The position numbers and the translations under genes are program-made. Positions 9,981-20,064 of a stretch of DNA of 64,000 bases are shown here, one piece after another. A model generated the notes under the pieces. The model did not search any database. It was not told the DNA's origin and worked only from the letters and a program-made list of their open reading frames with translations. The DNA comes from a virus, in the IMG/VR virus record IMGVR_UViG_3300045135_000252, positions 1-64,000 of that record, one strand, 5' to 3'. The stretch's first letter is position 1, and every line of letters starts with the position of its first letter.

Positions 9981-10400
9981 ATGGCTTACATAGGTAGATT
10001 CTCAAACAACGTAGCCGTCCGGCAGACGTACTTTTATACCGCTACTGGCGGAGAGACGTCGCTGTCTGGTGCTGACGATAACAGCAACCCACTTGTTTTT
10101 ACTGATGGTACTTACGTTGACGTCTACCTGAACGGCGTGCTTCTGGTTAAAGATACGGATTACAACGTCAACACAGCGAATACAATTGCTGGCCTTTCCG
10201 CCCTATCTGCGAGCGATGTGGTCGAGATCGTTGTGTATGACATATTTAGCATCGCTGGGCTTTCTAGCTACACGAAAACTCAGAAGGTTCCTTTTTACAA
10301 ATCTGACAGCACTTTGGATACAATTAGCCTAACGTCGGATGACAAAATTCCATTTACTAAATCAGACGGGTCAGCAAGCAACGTCCCGTTAACGAATTGA
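9981..10400 (+). CDS. Virion structural protein (hypothetical)
   Basis: MAYIG start; VDVYLNGVLL..DY beta-rich domain common in phage structural proteins. Confidence 0.55.
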   Translation: MAYIGRFSNNVAVRQTYFYTATGGETSLSGADDNSNPLVFTDGTYVDVYLNGVLLVKDTDYNVNTANTIAGLSALSASDVVEIVVYDIFSIAGLSSYTKTQKVPFYKSDSTLDTISLTSDDKIPFTKSDGSASNVPLTN

Positions 10401-10408
10401 GGTGAAGC

Positions 10409-10834
10409 ATGGCTAAGTTAGTCAAATCCATATACACAGGTTCGGATGTCACGGCGCTTGGCGAACTCACTGCTGCTGACACTATCGAAGGAGACATCAC
10501 TTTTGCTGCTGACGTAGATGTCAACGGTGCGGCGACTGGCACAGTAACAGCCGATAACGATGGCTCGTTTGATATGGCTGTCGGTAACTTCTTTACATGT
10601 ACGCCAACAGGCGCAATCGACCTGACCTTTACAAACGAAACAGCGGGCCAGTCTGGGATTATCTTGTTGGTCAATACGACTCCACAAGTTGTTACAGTTT
10701 CGCCAGATGTCTGGTTATCAGATGCTGACCTTACTGCGATCAACGCGGCGGGTACTTACCTAATCGGATACTTCTGCCCAGACGGTGTTAACGTATACTT
10801 ATCAGCGACACCTGCTTTGACTGAGGGGGCGTAA
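10409..10834 (+). CDS. Virion structural protein (hypothetical)
   Basis: 141 aa, beta-rich, GAGGTG RBS, within the tail block. Confidence 0.55.
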   Translation: MAKLVKSIYTGSDVTALGELTAADTIEGDITFAADVDVNGAATGTVTADNDGSFDMAVGNFFTCTPTGAIDLTFTNETAGQSGIILLVNTTPQVVTVSPDVWLSDADLTAINAAGTYLIGYFCPDGVNVYLSATPALTEGA

Positions 10835-13800
10835 TGTCTCTTATACCTGTACCAGCAGCCATGCAAGCCGCCACTCGCGGCTTCTACCCCAAGGTCATCA
10901 ATGGGTCTTTGCGATTCAACGATGATGACAGTGCGTACCTGAGTTATAGATTTGCGGCAGGTAATCAAAAAGTTTGGACTTGGAGTGGTTGGGTTAAGCG
11001 TGGAAATTTAACCGGATCGTCTCAGCAGTTAATGGCAAGACGTAATTCAACCAATTCAGAAAGACTTAGTTTAGCTTTTGATTCATCAGATAAATTAACA
11101 TTTCTATCTATAACTGGTGGAACTACGGTTGGTGATATTCAAACAAACGCCGTCTTTCGTGACCCATCGGCTTGGTATCACGTTGTATATGCGTTAGATG
11201 CGGCAAATACTTCTCTAAAGATTTATGTTAATGGTGTAGAACAGTCTGTTAATGTTACTACCGCAATATCAAATACCGACCATCAGTTCAATGCCCTTAA
11301 CGCCATTGCAGAATTAGGTAGATTGCCTAATGCGGCAGTTGCATATCTTGACGGTTACCTAGCCGATGTACACTTCATTGACGGCCAAGCACTCACAGCA
11401 GACGACTTTGGCGAGCTAAAGAATGGCGTATGGGTTGCTAAAGACTACGCAGGAACTTACGGCACGAATGGCTTTTACCTGACCTTTGAAGACGACACAG
11501 AGGTAGAGGCGTTTAATACTGTTTTGTACAGAGGTAATGGTGGTACGCAGAGTATTACTGGCGTTGGCTTCTCACCTGACCTAGTGTGGGCAAAAAAACG
11601 TGGCTCTACTGCCGCAAGTCATCGTTTATTAGACACAGTGCGTGGCGTTCAAAAGAATTTGTATTCTGATTTGACTAGTGCAGAACAAACGCAAAACAGT
11701 GTTATTTCTTTTGACTCGGATGGATTTACTGTTGGCGATAGCGCAGGAACTAACGGATCAGGAGACACTTTCGTTGCTTGGTGTTGGGACGCAGGGGCTA
11801 ACAACGCAGTCACAGGTCATTCGTCTGTTATTTATACTGGTAATGGCGGTACGCAGAAGATCAGTGGATTTGGCTTTAGCCCTGACTTGGTATGGATCAA
11901 GGATCGCAGTAATGCTAGAGACTCAGTAATTTTTGATACGGTAAGAGGTGCCGCAAATTATTTAAGAAGCGCATCCACAGCCGCTGAAGGAACGTCAACA
12001 ACAACTTTATCGTCTTTCGACAAAGATGGTTTTATATTGGGTAATAATGCGGCTAATAATAATACAAGCGAAACCTATGTAGCTTGGGGTTGGGACGCAG
12101 GAGACAGCGATCCTGTATCAAACACTGATGGTTCTATTACATCGACTGTAAAGGCTTCAACGACTAATGGATTTAGTATTGTTAGTTGGACTGGTACTGG
12201 AACCGCAGGAACTATTGGTCACGGCTTGGCTGAGGCGCCTACTTTTATTATTGCCAAGTGTAGAACGTTTAATACAGCTACGGGTAGTGGTACGCATTGG
12301 CCTGTTTATCATACCGGCGTCGGACCAAGTGATATTCCATATTTAAGTAGAGATGTAGCGCCTATTAGTGCTGCCCAAGTGTGGAATGCTACTGCACCAA
12401 CTGGAGCAAGCGATGCCATTCCTTCGGTATTCAGCGTGGGTACCAATGTAAATACTAACGCAGCACCTACTGGTGGTACTGCGGACTATGTTGCCTACTG
12501 TTGGCACGATGTAACTGGCAAGCAGAAGTTTGGCACATACACTGGAAATAATACGGCAACAGGCCCGACAGTGGACTTAGGATTCCGTCCGGGCTTTGTA
12601 ATGATTAAGAACGCTGACGGTACTGGCAACTGGAATATCTTTGACGGATCACGATTCCCATTTGCGGATAATGACTTGTTCCTGAGAGCAAACTTAGCTA
12701 ATGCTGAAGTTGATGGCTCTGGAGAAGGTGCCGATGCGTATGAGGTTGAGTTTACATCAACAGGGTTCATTCCTAAAGCATCTGGAGCATCTAGCCGTAG
12801 TCAGGTAAACGGTAGTGGTACATACATCTATGCCGCTTTCGCAGGTAGCTACTCAGACTACATCACTGACTACAACACAGATGGCTCTATTGACAGCCGT
12901 GTGAAGGCTAGTGATACCACTGGGTTTAGTATGGTTAGCTACACTGGTAGCACATCTGAATCTGTCGGACATGGTTTAAGTTCTGCTCCTAAGTTTATAA
13001 TTGTTAAGGATCGTAGTGCCGCATCATCGTGGGCTGTTTACCACCAAAGTGTCCAAGATACGACTGCTAATGGGTTCTTAGAACTTAACTCAACTGCCGC
13101 TGTGCAGACTGGCAGTAACCCAAGATTCTTGTCAGGAACAGCAGGAACTTCACAGCCCACAAGTACAGTGTTTTATGTGAACAACTACTCTGGTTCATCG
13201 ACAAACAATACAGGTAACGACTACATCGCCTACTGTTGGACAGAAACCACTGGCTACTCAAAGTTTGGAAGCTATAACGGTGACTCAACTACTGATGGGT
13301 CACACGAGATTAACGTAGGTTTCAAACCTGCAATGGTTATCATTAAACACGCTACTGGTGCATACAACGGTGATTGGTTCTTATACGACAATACTCGTGA
13401 CGTTCCTAATGGTGATAGCTACTTACGTCCTAACTTGTCATCAGCAGAAACCGCTAACGGTGGAATGTTGCAACTAACTGATACTGGCTTTGCTTTCTAC
13501 ACCAACTCAGGTAGTCACAATCAGTCAGGCTTTGGTTACATCTATGCCGCCTTTGCAGACACCCGTGAAGCCGCTTTCTGGCTAGATCAGTCTGGTAACG
13601 ACAACGACTGGCAACCTGTGAATCTGGATCATAACGATACAGTGGCAGATAGTCCTACGGATAACTTTGCTACTTGGAATCCATTGGCGAAACTAGGATC
13701 AGTTGCACTTCCAACATTCAGTGATGGCAACCTAACTCTGACCACAAACGCATCAGTAGACACAATGGCTGTTGCTACAATGGGTATTACTTCTGGTACG

Positions 13801-14163
13801 TTCTACTATGAAGCAACCCTGCGGTCAGCGAATACTTATCACCAGTTTGGTGTAGCATCCAAGACTGATTCAATTACAACTAGCACAGATCGTGTAACTT
13901 ACTTTGGCTTTAATGGTTACATCTACAATAACGCTACATCAACAGGCGGTTATGGAACTAATAGCGCAGGAGATGTACTTGGTGTAGCTTGTGATGCTGA
14001 TGCAGGAACAGTGAAGTTTTACCTGAACAACACATTGTTAAGTACGGAAAGTTGGACTTCTAACACTGGCTTGTATATTCCATTTATGGCGGGTTCAAAC
14101 GGAACATACACAGCAGATGTAAATTTCGGCCAACAACCCTTTAAGTACGATCCACCGGCATAA
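10834..14163 (+). CDS. Large adhesin/tail-fibre protein: ConA/LamG-like N-terminus, internal repeats, SPRY-like C-terminus
   Basis: SLRFN, WTWSGWVKRG and FRDPSAWYH motifs; repeated FSPDLVW/FSIVS.TG/GHGL modules; C-terminal VNFGQ. Confidence 0.7.
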   Translation: MSLIPVPAAMQAATRGFYPKVINGSLRFNDDDSAYLSYRFAAGNQKVWTWSGWVKRGNLTGSSQQLMARRNSTNSERLSLAFDSSDKLTFLSITGGTTVGDIQTNAVFRDPSAWYHVVYALDAANTSLKIYVNGVEQSVNVTTAISNTDHQFNALNAIAELGRLPNAAVAYLDGYLADVHFIDGQALTADDFGELKNGVWVAKDYAGTYGTNGFYLTFEDDTEVEAFNTVLYRGNGGTQSITGVGFSPDLVWAKKRGSTAASHRLLDTVRGVQKNLYSDLTSAEQTQNSVISFDSDGFTVGDSAGTNGSGDTFVAWCWDAGANNAVTGHSSVIYTGNGGTQKISGFGFSPDLVWIKDRSNARDSVIFDTVRGAANYLRSASTAAEGTSTTTLSSFDKDGFILGNNAANNNTSETYVAWGWDAGDSDPVSNTDGSITSTVKASTTNGFSIVSWTGTGTAGTIGHGLAEAPTFIIAKCRTFNTATGSGTHWPVYHTGVGPSDIPYLSRDVAPISAAQVWNATAPTGASDAIPSVFSVGTNVNTNAAPTGGTADYVAYCWHDVTGKQKFGTYTGNNTATGPTVDLGFRPGFVMIKNADGTGNWNIFDGSRFPFADNDLFLRANLANAEVDGSGEGADAYEVEFTSTGFIPKASGASSRSQVNGSGTYIYAAFAGSYSDYITDYNTDGSIDSRVKASDTTGFSMVSYTGSTSESVGHGLSSAPKFIIVKDRSAASSWAVYHQSVQDTTANGFLELNSTAAVQTGSNPRFLSGTAGTSQPTSTVFYVNNYSGSSTNNTGNDYIAYCWTETTGYSKFGSYNGDSTTDGSHEINVGFKPAMVIIKHATGAYNGDWFLYDNTRDVPNGDSYLRPNLSSAETANGGMLQLTDTGFAFYTNSGSHNQSGFGYIYAAFADTREAAFWLDQSGNDNDWQPVNLDHNDTVADSPTDNFATWNPLAKLGSVALPTFSDGNLTLTTNASVDTMAVATMGITSGTFYYEATLRSANTYHQFGVASKTDSITTSTDRVTYFGFNGYIYNNATSTGGYGTNSAGDVLGVACDADAGTVKFYLNNTLLSTESWTSNTGLYIPFMAGSNGTYTADVNFGQQPFKYDPPA

Positions 14164-14175
14164 GGAGAAGGAATT

Positions 14176-15270
14176 ATGGCATATAACAAATTATCCACTG
14201 CTAACCTTCCTGATCCTGTCATTGATCCTGCGACTGGTAGTAGCCCTGGAGATTACTTTAATACTGTGTTGTATACGGGTGATGATGTTGATGGACGCAA
14301 CATCACTGGCGTAGGCTTTGATCCTGATTTTGTGTGGATTAAAAGCCGTAGTCTTGCAACAAGTCATTTACTAAACGATGTAATTCGTGGTGGTAACGCA
14401 ACACTGTTTTCAGAAGCAACTTATGCTGAGACAGCAAACAACGGTGGTGGTTACCTAAGCGGCTTCGTTACCGATGGGTTTTCTGTTACTTCAGGATCAT
14501 CTGGTGATAATGCTGTTAATAATACAGGTTCTACTTACGCATCTTGGAACTGGAAAGCCAATGGATCAGGCGTAAGCAACACTGATGGCGACATAACAAG
14601 CACAGTCAGCGCAAACACTGATGCGGGCTTTTCAATCACGCTCTACACTGGGGATGGCACTAATGGAACAAGAACTGTTGGTCACGGTCTATCTCAGAGT
14701 CCTGAGTTTGTCATAGTAAAAAATAGAGATGTAGTTCAAGACTGGATGGTTTGGACGCATGATTTGCCAGCTACTGAAAACTTACGTCTTAACACTACGG
14801 ATGCTGCAAGTACCCCTTCCAATCGAATTAATTCAGCAAGCTCAACGACTGTCGAACTCAACGCCGATTCTGGAACTAAAGTTAATTCTTTGGGCGATAA
14901 TTTTGTCATGTACTGCTTCCACTCAGTCGAAGGCTTCAGCAAGATTGGTAGCTATGTCGGCAACGGTAGTACAGATGGCCCGTTTGTGTACACAGGGTTT
15001 AGACCTGCTTTCATTATGAGCAAGAGGACAGATAGCACTGGTGATTGGCATATGTATGATGTTAAACGTGATACATACAATTACGTTCATAATGCGATAT
15101 GGGCAAACTACTCTAGTGCTGAGTATGACTATGGAGCAACTCAGGTCTGGGATATTTTATCCAATGGATTTAAGGCTAGAACTTCTAGCGTAATTAATAA
15201 CAGTTCGGGTGCAACCTACATCTACATGGCATTTGCCGAACAACCCATGAAATTTAGTAATGCGAGGTAA
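14176..15270 (+). CDS. Adhesin repeat protein (same repeat family as upstream gene)
   Basis: YFNTVLYTG, GFDPDFVWIK, GHGL, GFRPAF and YIYMAFAE motifs. Confidence 0.7.
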   Translation: MAYNKLSTANLPDPVIDPATGSSPGDYFNTVLYTGDDVDGRNITGVGFDPDFVWIKSRSLATSHLLNDVIRGGNATLFSEATYAETANNGGGYLSGFVTDGFSVTSGSSGDNAVNNTGSTYASWNWKANGSGVSNTDGDITSTVSANTDAGFSITLYTGDGTNGTRTVGHGLSQSPEFVIVKNRDVVQDWMVWTHDLPATENLRLNTTDAASTPSNRINSASSTTVELNADSGTKVNSLGDNFVMYCFHSVEGFSKIGSYVGNGSTDGPFVYTGFRPAFIMSKRTDSTGDWHMYDVKRDTYNYVHNAIWANYSSAEYDYGATQVWDILSNGFKARTSSVINNSSGATYIYMAFAEQPMKFSNAR

Positions 15271-15276
15271 CAACTA

Positions 15277-15825
15277 ATGTGGACTTATCTAGGAAAGCGG
15301 GTCCGCGAAGGGCGGATTTGGACAGACAACGAAGGACGCCGGTATCCACCACAGTGGTGGGGTGCTACCTCCTATGACGATAAGGTTTCTCTTGGGCTTG
15401 TATGGGTAAATGACCCCGCGCCTTACGATAACCGTTTCTACTGGGATGCGAACACACCTAAGAACATTGAAGACGTTGATGCAGTCGATGAAGACGGCAA
15501 TCCAGTCCTTGATGAAGATGGTGTGCAAATTGTTACAAAGGGTCTGAAGTCACAAGCCATTGCACAGACTAAAGTCACAGCAGGATCGCTTCTAGCTCCG
15601 ACAGACTGGATGGTGATTAAGGCGGCTGAGGTTGAAGGCTTCTCTGTCCCTGCTGAGGTCACTACATACCGAGCTGCTGTGCGTACTGCATCGAATGACA
15701 TTGAGGCGGCGATTACTGCGTGCACTACACATGATGCGTTCATGGCGCTGTATACTACGCCTGTAGACGAGAACGGTGATCCAACTGGGCCAGCGCCAAT
15801 CAATGCGTGGCCGGAGGCTATCTAA
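15277..15825 (+). CDS. Tail fibre chaperone-like protein
   Basis: LLAPTDW...YRAAVR...WP motifs like 9591..9977. Confidence 0.6.
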   Translation: MWTYLGKRVREGRIWTDNEGRRYPPQWWGATSYDDKVSLGLVWVNDPAPYDNRFYWDANTPKNIEDVDAVDEDGNPVLDEDGVQIVTKGLKSQAIAQTKVTAGSLLAPTDWMVIKAAEVEGFSVPAEVTTYRAAVRTASNDIEAAITACTTHDAFMALYTTPVDENGDPTGPAPINAWPEAI

Positions 15826-16797
15826 ATGGCAATCAGTAAGATTGGTGCTAACGCTATTGCTTCTGGCGCAGTCCCAGACGAGGTTACTAAGTCTGCTTCT
15901 GCTCCCTCTTCACCAACCGCAGGCGATATTTGGTACGACACTACAAATGATTTGATGAAGCATTGGGATGGTAGTGATTGGGTTCAAATGTCCAACACAT
16001 TCAACGCAACTGGTGGCACAGAGGTTACTTCTGGTGGCTATAAGTATCATACGTTCACAACGTCAGACACGTTCAGCGTTACCTCAGGCTCAGAGAGTGT
16101 CGAGTATTTAATCATCGCAGGCGGTGGCGGTGGCGGTCAATTTTATGGCGCTGGCGGTGGCGCGGGCGGCTTATTGAGTGGCACATATACCGCTACCGCA
16201 GGTAGCTACAGCATCCAAATTGGTGCTGGAGGAGCTGCTAAAACTATCAACCAAAACGTAGCTCCTGATAACGGAGGTGATTCTACTGCATTTGGACTGA
16301 CTGCGATTGGCGGAGGCGGAGGCGGAGGCAACTTCACTGCTTCAAACGGCCTCGGCCAGTCTGGTGGATCAGGTGGAGGTTCTAAAGCATCTGGTGGTTC
16401 TGGTGGTTCTGGTACATCAGGTCAAGGTAATGACGGTGGTGATGGTACTGATGGTGTTTATTGCGGCGGTGGTGGAGGAGCCGGTGGAGCCGGTGGAACC
16501 GGAGTTGCAGGAACATCAGCCGGGGACGGAGGTGCAGGAACGACTGCATATTCTACTTGGGCTACAGCCACATCAACAGGAGTCTCTGGATATTACGCAA
16601 GTGGTGGCCCCGGAGGTGGAGGTACTAATGATGCACACGGAGACTATTCACCGGGAGCAGGTATTGGTTTAACCCACGCCACTGCTAACACAGGCTCTGG
16701 AGGCTCTGGTGGCGGGCAAGGTGATTACACTAGTTCTGGAGCGTTATCTTCATCTAACGGCGGTAGCGGTATTGTGATTATTAGATATGCAGTTTAA
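15826..16797 (+). CDS. Glycine-rich tail/adhesin protein
   Basis: GDIWYDT, YKYHTFT, poly-Gly tracts, GSGIVIIRY end. Confidence 0.65.
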   Translation: MAISKIGANAIASGAVPDEVTKSASAPSSPTAGDIWYDTTNDLMKHWDGSDWVQMSNTFNATGGTEVTSGGYKYHTFTTSDTFSVTSGSESVEYLIIAGGGGGGQFYGAGGGAGGLLSGTYTATAGSYSIQIGAGGAAKTINQNVAPDNGGDSTAFGLTAIGGGGGGGNFTASNGLGQSGGSGGGSKASGGSGGSGTSGQGNDGGDGTDGVYCGGGGGAGGAGGTGVAGTSAGDGGAGTTAYSTWATATSTGVSGYYASGGPGGGGTNDAHGDYSPGAGIGLTHATANTGSGGSGGGQGDYTSSGALSSSNGGSGIVIIRYAV

Positions 16798-16809
16798 AGG
16801 AAACAAACA

Positions 16810-17190
16810 ATGGGACACTTTGCAAAAGTAGTAGATGGTAAGGTAGCAAAAGTCATTGTTGCTGAACCAGAATTTTTTGAAACATTCGTAGACGATTCAC
16901 CGGGTAAATGGATTCAGACATCCTATAACACTCGTGGTGGCGTCCACTACGATCCTGCGACTGGTGAGCCGTCTGCAGATCAGAGCAAGGCGCTGCGTAA
17001 GAACTACGCTGGTAAGGGTTACACATATGACGCAACTCGTGATGCGTTTATTCCACCTCAGCCATACGCTAGCTGGACACTAAATGACGATAGCTGCCTA
17101 TGGGAAGCACCTGTTGCATACCCAACTGATGGTAAGATGTACCAGTGGGACGAAGACACAACCAACTGGGTTGAAGTTGTAGGAGAGTAA
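16810..17190 (+). CDS. Phage protein associated with Gly-rich fibres
   Basis: HFAK, WIQTSYN, RKNYAG.GYTYD, W.WDE motifs. Confidence 0.65.
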   Translation: MGHFAKVVDGKVAKVIVAEPEFFETFVDDSPGKWIQTSYNTRGGVHYDPATGEPSADQSKALRKNYAGKGYTYDATRDAFIPPQPYASWTLNDDSCLWEAPVAYPTDGKMYQWDEDTTNWVEVVGE

Positions 17191-17191
17191 G

Positions 17192-18265
17192 ATGAGCAAG
17201 GCGCGTGGTATTTCTAATCTCGTAGACACAAACGGTGATGTGGTTGCCGGTGCGCTTGATAATGCTCCTGATCCCATAACTAAATCTTCGTCTGACCCAA
17301 CTATTTCTACTAACGGAACGCTGGGGGATGTGTTTGTTAACACCACATCTGGTGAAATGTTTGTTCTCACTGATGCCACTACAGATAACAATGTGTGGAC
17401 TAACGTAGGGGATGGATCAGGTGCGATTGGTCCTTATGCTATTTCTTACGTTGTCGTCGGTGGCGGCGGCGGTTCCGGGCAAGACCGTGGTGGCGGTGGC
17501 GGCGCAGGTGGATACCGTAATTCCTATGCTTCAGAAACCTCTGGACGTAATTCTTCGACGGAGACTCCACTATCGGTTCTTGCAGGAACAGTTTTAACCA
17601 TCACTGTTGGCGGCGGCGGTTCACCGAGCGCGGCAAGCAACACTGCTGTTGGTGGTAACGGCGAGGAATCTAAGATTGAAGGTACTGGAATCAACATCGT
17701 TGCATCAGGTGGCGGTGGCGGCGGGTCGCAAGCCGCTGAAGGTGCTGATGGTGGATCTGGCGGGGGTAACGGCTCTGGTAAAGATGTTGCTGCAGGTGGC
17801 GCGGGGACTAGCGGCCAAGGTTTTGATGGTGGTCAGGGTTACGCCACAGAATCTGGCTCATACCTTCGTCAAGGCGGTGGCGGTGGCGGTGCCTCAGAAG
17901 ATGGCGTGACTGGTACTTCTTCTGTTAGAGCAGATGGTGGTGACGGACTTACAACAAACATTAAAGGGACCGGCTCTCCACTTACTCTTGCTGGAGGTGG
18001 TGCAGGGGGCTTGCAATCCGGTACAGGCATCGGCGGTGCAGGTGGTGGCGGTAACACCAACGTAGATGGTGGCACTAACACCGGAGGCGGTGCAGGTGGT
18101 GGCGGTGATTCATCTGCGGGTAAAACAGGCGGTTCAGGCATTGTTATTCTTCGTATGGCTACAGCGGATTACTCTGGTACTTACACTGGAGCTGGAGTCA
18201 CGACAGGGACCGACGGTTCAGATACATACTTAGTGTTCACTCAATCTGGCACATACACAGCGTAG
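17192..18265 (+). CDS. Glycine-rich tail/adhesin protein
   Basis: Poly-Gly tracts and GSGIVILR; paralogous to 15826..16797. Confidence 0.65.
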   Translation: MSKARGISNLVDTNGDVVAGALDNAPDPITKSSSDPTISTNGTLGDVFVNTTSGEMFVLTDATTDNNVWTNVGDGSGAIGPYAISYVVVGGGGGSGQDRGGGGGAGGYRNSYASETSGRNSSTETPLSVLAGTVLTITVGGGGSPSAASNTAVGGNGEESKIEGTGINIVASGGGGGGSQAAEGADGGSGGGNGSGKDVAAGGAGTSGQGFDGGQGYATESGSYLRQGGGGGGASEDGVTGTSSVRADGGDGLTTNIKGTGSPLTLAGGGAGGLQSGTGIGGAGGGGNTNVDGGTNTGGGAGGGGDSSAGKTGGSGIVILRMATADYSGTYTGAGVTTGTDGSDTYLVFTQSGTYTA

Positions 18266-18273
18266 GAGGCTAG

Positions 18274-19230
18274 ATGTTTAGCGCCTTTCCTTTTGCCTCA
18301 AGTGCTTACTCGAGCACACCCATATCCGTTGAGGTAAATGTAACGGGGCTAGCGGCTGTCTCCGCGTTAGGCACAACCACTGTAACTGCATACGCTAACC
18401 ACACAGAAACAGGCTTAGAAGCTACATCTACGCTGGGCACAACTACAATAACTGCCGATGCAAGTGCGACTGAAACGGGCCTAGAAGCTACAGGTGCGGC
18501 TGGCTCCGTCACCATAACAGCCGATGCAAGCGTTACTGAAACCGGACTTCTAGCTACTGCAGCACTTGGTAACGAAGGTGTTGGCGCTGAAGCAAATATC
18601 TCCGAAACAGGACTAGAAGGCACATCAGCCCTTGCGTCTGTAACAGTAACAGCCGATGCAAACCATACGGAAACCGGCTTAGAAGCTGTATCTGCTCTTG
18701 GCACCGAAACTGTACGGATCGTATTTAATTTCAACGTAGTTGGCTTGGAAGCCACTGGTGCTACTGGTACGGTGACTGTAACAGCCGATGCTAACACCAC
18801 AGAAACTGGCGTAGAAGCAACTGGAGCTGTAGGCACTGCCACTGTACAGGCAGGAGCGAGCGTCACGGAAACTGGCGTAGAAGTCACAGGCGCAGTTGGC
18901 TCAGTCACAGTCACAGCAGACGCAAGTCACGCGGCTGTCGGTGTTAATGCAAGTGCATTACTTGGTAGCGAAACTGTTAGTGCAGAGGCGCAAATCACCG
19001 AGACTGGACTTGGAGCTACTGGCGTAGTTGGTAGCGAAACAGTTGATGCAGCGGCTAATGTCACTGTACTTGGTCTAGTAGCTGCAGGTACACTAGGCGA
19101 AACATTCGTTTGGAGCTTGGTGGATGACGCCCAGACTTCAAGCTGGGTAGATGTAGATGATTCACAGAGCACCACGTGGACACTCGTGGATGACGGCAAC
19201 ACGGTAACGTGGGTTGAGATTAAAACGTAG
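18274..19230 (+). CDS. Repeat-rich virion protein
   Basis: About a dozen ~21-aa TETGLEAT..LG..TVTADA repeats; W-V-DD C-terminal repeats. Confidence 0.65.
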   Translation: MFSAFPFASSAYSSTPISVEVNVTGLAAVSALGTTTVTAYANHTETGLEATSTLGTTTITADASATETGLEATGAAGSVTITADASVTETGLLATAALGNEGVGAEANISETGLEGTSALASVTVTADANHTETGLEAVSALGTETVRIVFNFNVVGLEATGATGTVTVTADANTTETGVEATGAVGTATVQAGASVTETGVEVTGAVGSVTVTADASHAAVGVNASALLGSETVSAEAQITETGLGATGVVGSETVDAAANVTVLGLVAAGTLGETFVWSLVDDAQTSSWVDVDDSQSTTWTLVDDGNTVTWVEIKT

Positions 19231-19237
19231 GTGAGAT

Positions 19238-20062
19238 ATGGCGAGTTCATACAGTAACAATCTGAAAATCGAATTGATGACTACAGGTGAGAAAGCCACC
19301 ACTTGGGGATCAGTAACAAACACAAACCTAGGCACTGCCTTAGAAGAAGCGATTGTTGGCTCTGCTGACGTTACATTCTCAAGTGGCGATCTCTCGATCA
19401 GCCTAACTAATTCAAACTCGACACAGACCGCACGCCACGTACGTCTCAACCTGACGGGTACTACTGGAGGCACAGCACGCACACTCACAGTGCCTGATGT
19501 CGAGAAGACTTACATTATTAACAATGGCTGTGCGGACGCTGTAGCTATCTCTAACTCAACTGGCTCGACTGTCTCTGTCCCCGCCGGTAAAACAATGTGG
19601 GTGTATTCGACTGGATCTAACGTCGTAGACGTAACTACACACGTTACATCTCTTACAGTAGGCGCAAGCGCCGATCCAGTAGTCACAGAAGCTGCGACCC
19701 AGACGCTGACTAACAAGACTCTGACGTCTCCAACGATCACTACAGGTTCACTAGGGGACAGCACGGCGACTACACAGACTGCGGGCGACAACTCAACTAA
19801 AGTGGCTACAACTGCTTACGTCGATGCGGCTACAGGCTCGCTAGGTACTATTTCTACACAGAACTCAGATAGCGTAAGTATCACAGGTGGCTCAGTCTCT
19901 GCCACTTTGTCAGGTGATGGCTCTAGTATCACAGCGTTGAACGCTACGCAGTTGACATCAGGCACAGTGCCAGCCGCACGCATACCGGCTGCTACAAGCA
20001 CAACATTGGGTGGGGTCAAGGTGTCCCTGTCTGGTTCCACACTAACTATTAGTACGAGCTAA
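19238..20062 (+). CDS. Tail fibre/tail structural protein
   Basis: LKIELMTTGE...WG..TN N-terminus; QTLTNKTLT and DNSTKVATTAYV fibre motifs. Confidence 0.7.
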   Translation: MASSYSNNLKIELMTTGEKATTWGSVTNTNLGTALEEAIVGSADVTFSSGDLSISLTNSNSTQTARHVRLNLTGTTGGTARTLTVPDVEKTYIINNGCADAVAISNSTGSTVSVPAGKTMWVYSTGSNVVDVTTHVTSLTVGASADPVVTEAATQTLTNKTLTSPTITTGSLGDSTATTQTAGDNSTKVATTAYVDAATGSLGTISTQNSDSVSITGGSVSATLSGDGSSITALNATQLTSGTVPAARIPAATSTTLGGVKVSLSGSTLTISTS

Positions 20063-20064
20063 CT

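Noticed and set aside
14161-14176. Stop-codon readthrough or alternative genetic code
   Set aside because: The two ORFs are in frame, but the gap holds a strong RBS, the stop is TAA, and all three stops terminate genes normally elsewhere
10834-15270. Diversity-generating retroelement or invertible tail cassette
   Set aside because: No reverse transcriptase or invertase seen; repeats are diverged at all bases, not only adenines
6718-19791. Long antisense and alternate-frame ORFs over tail genes (e.g. 6718..7188, 18306..18914)
   Set aside because: Shadows of low-complexity Ala/Thr/Gly repeats with no RBS
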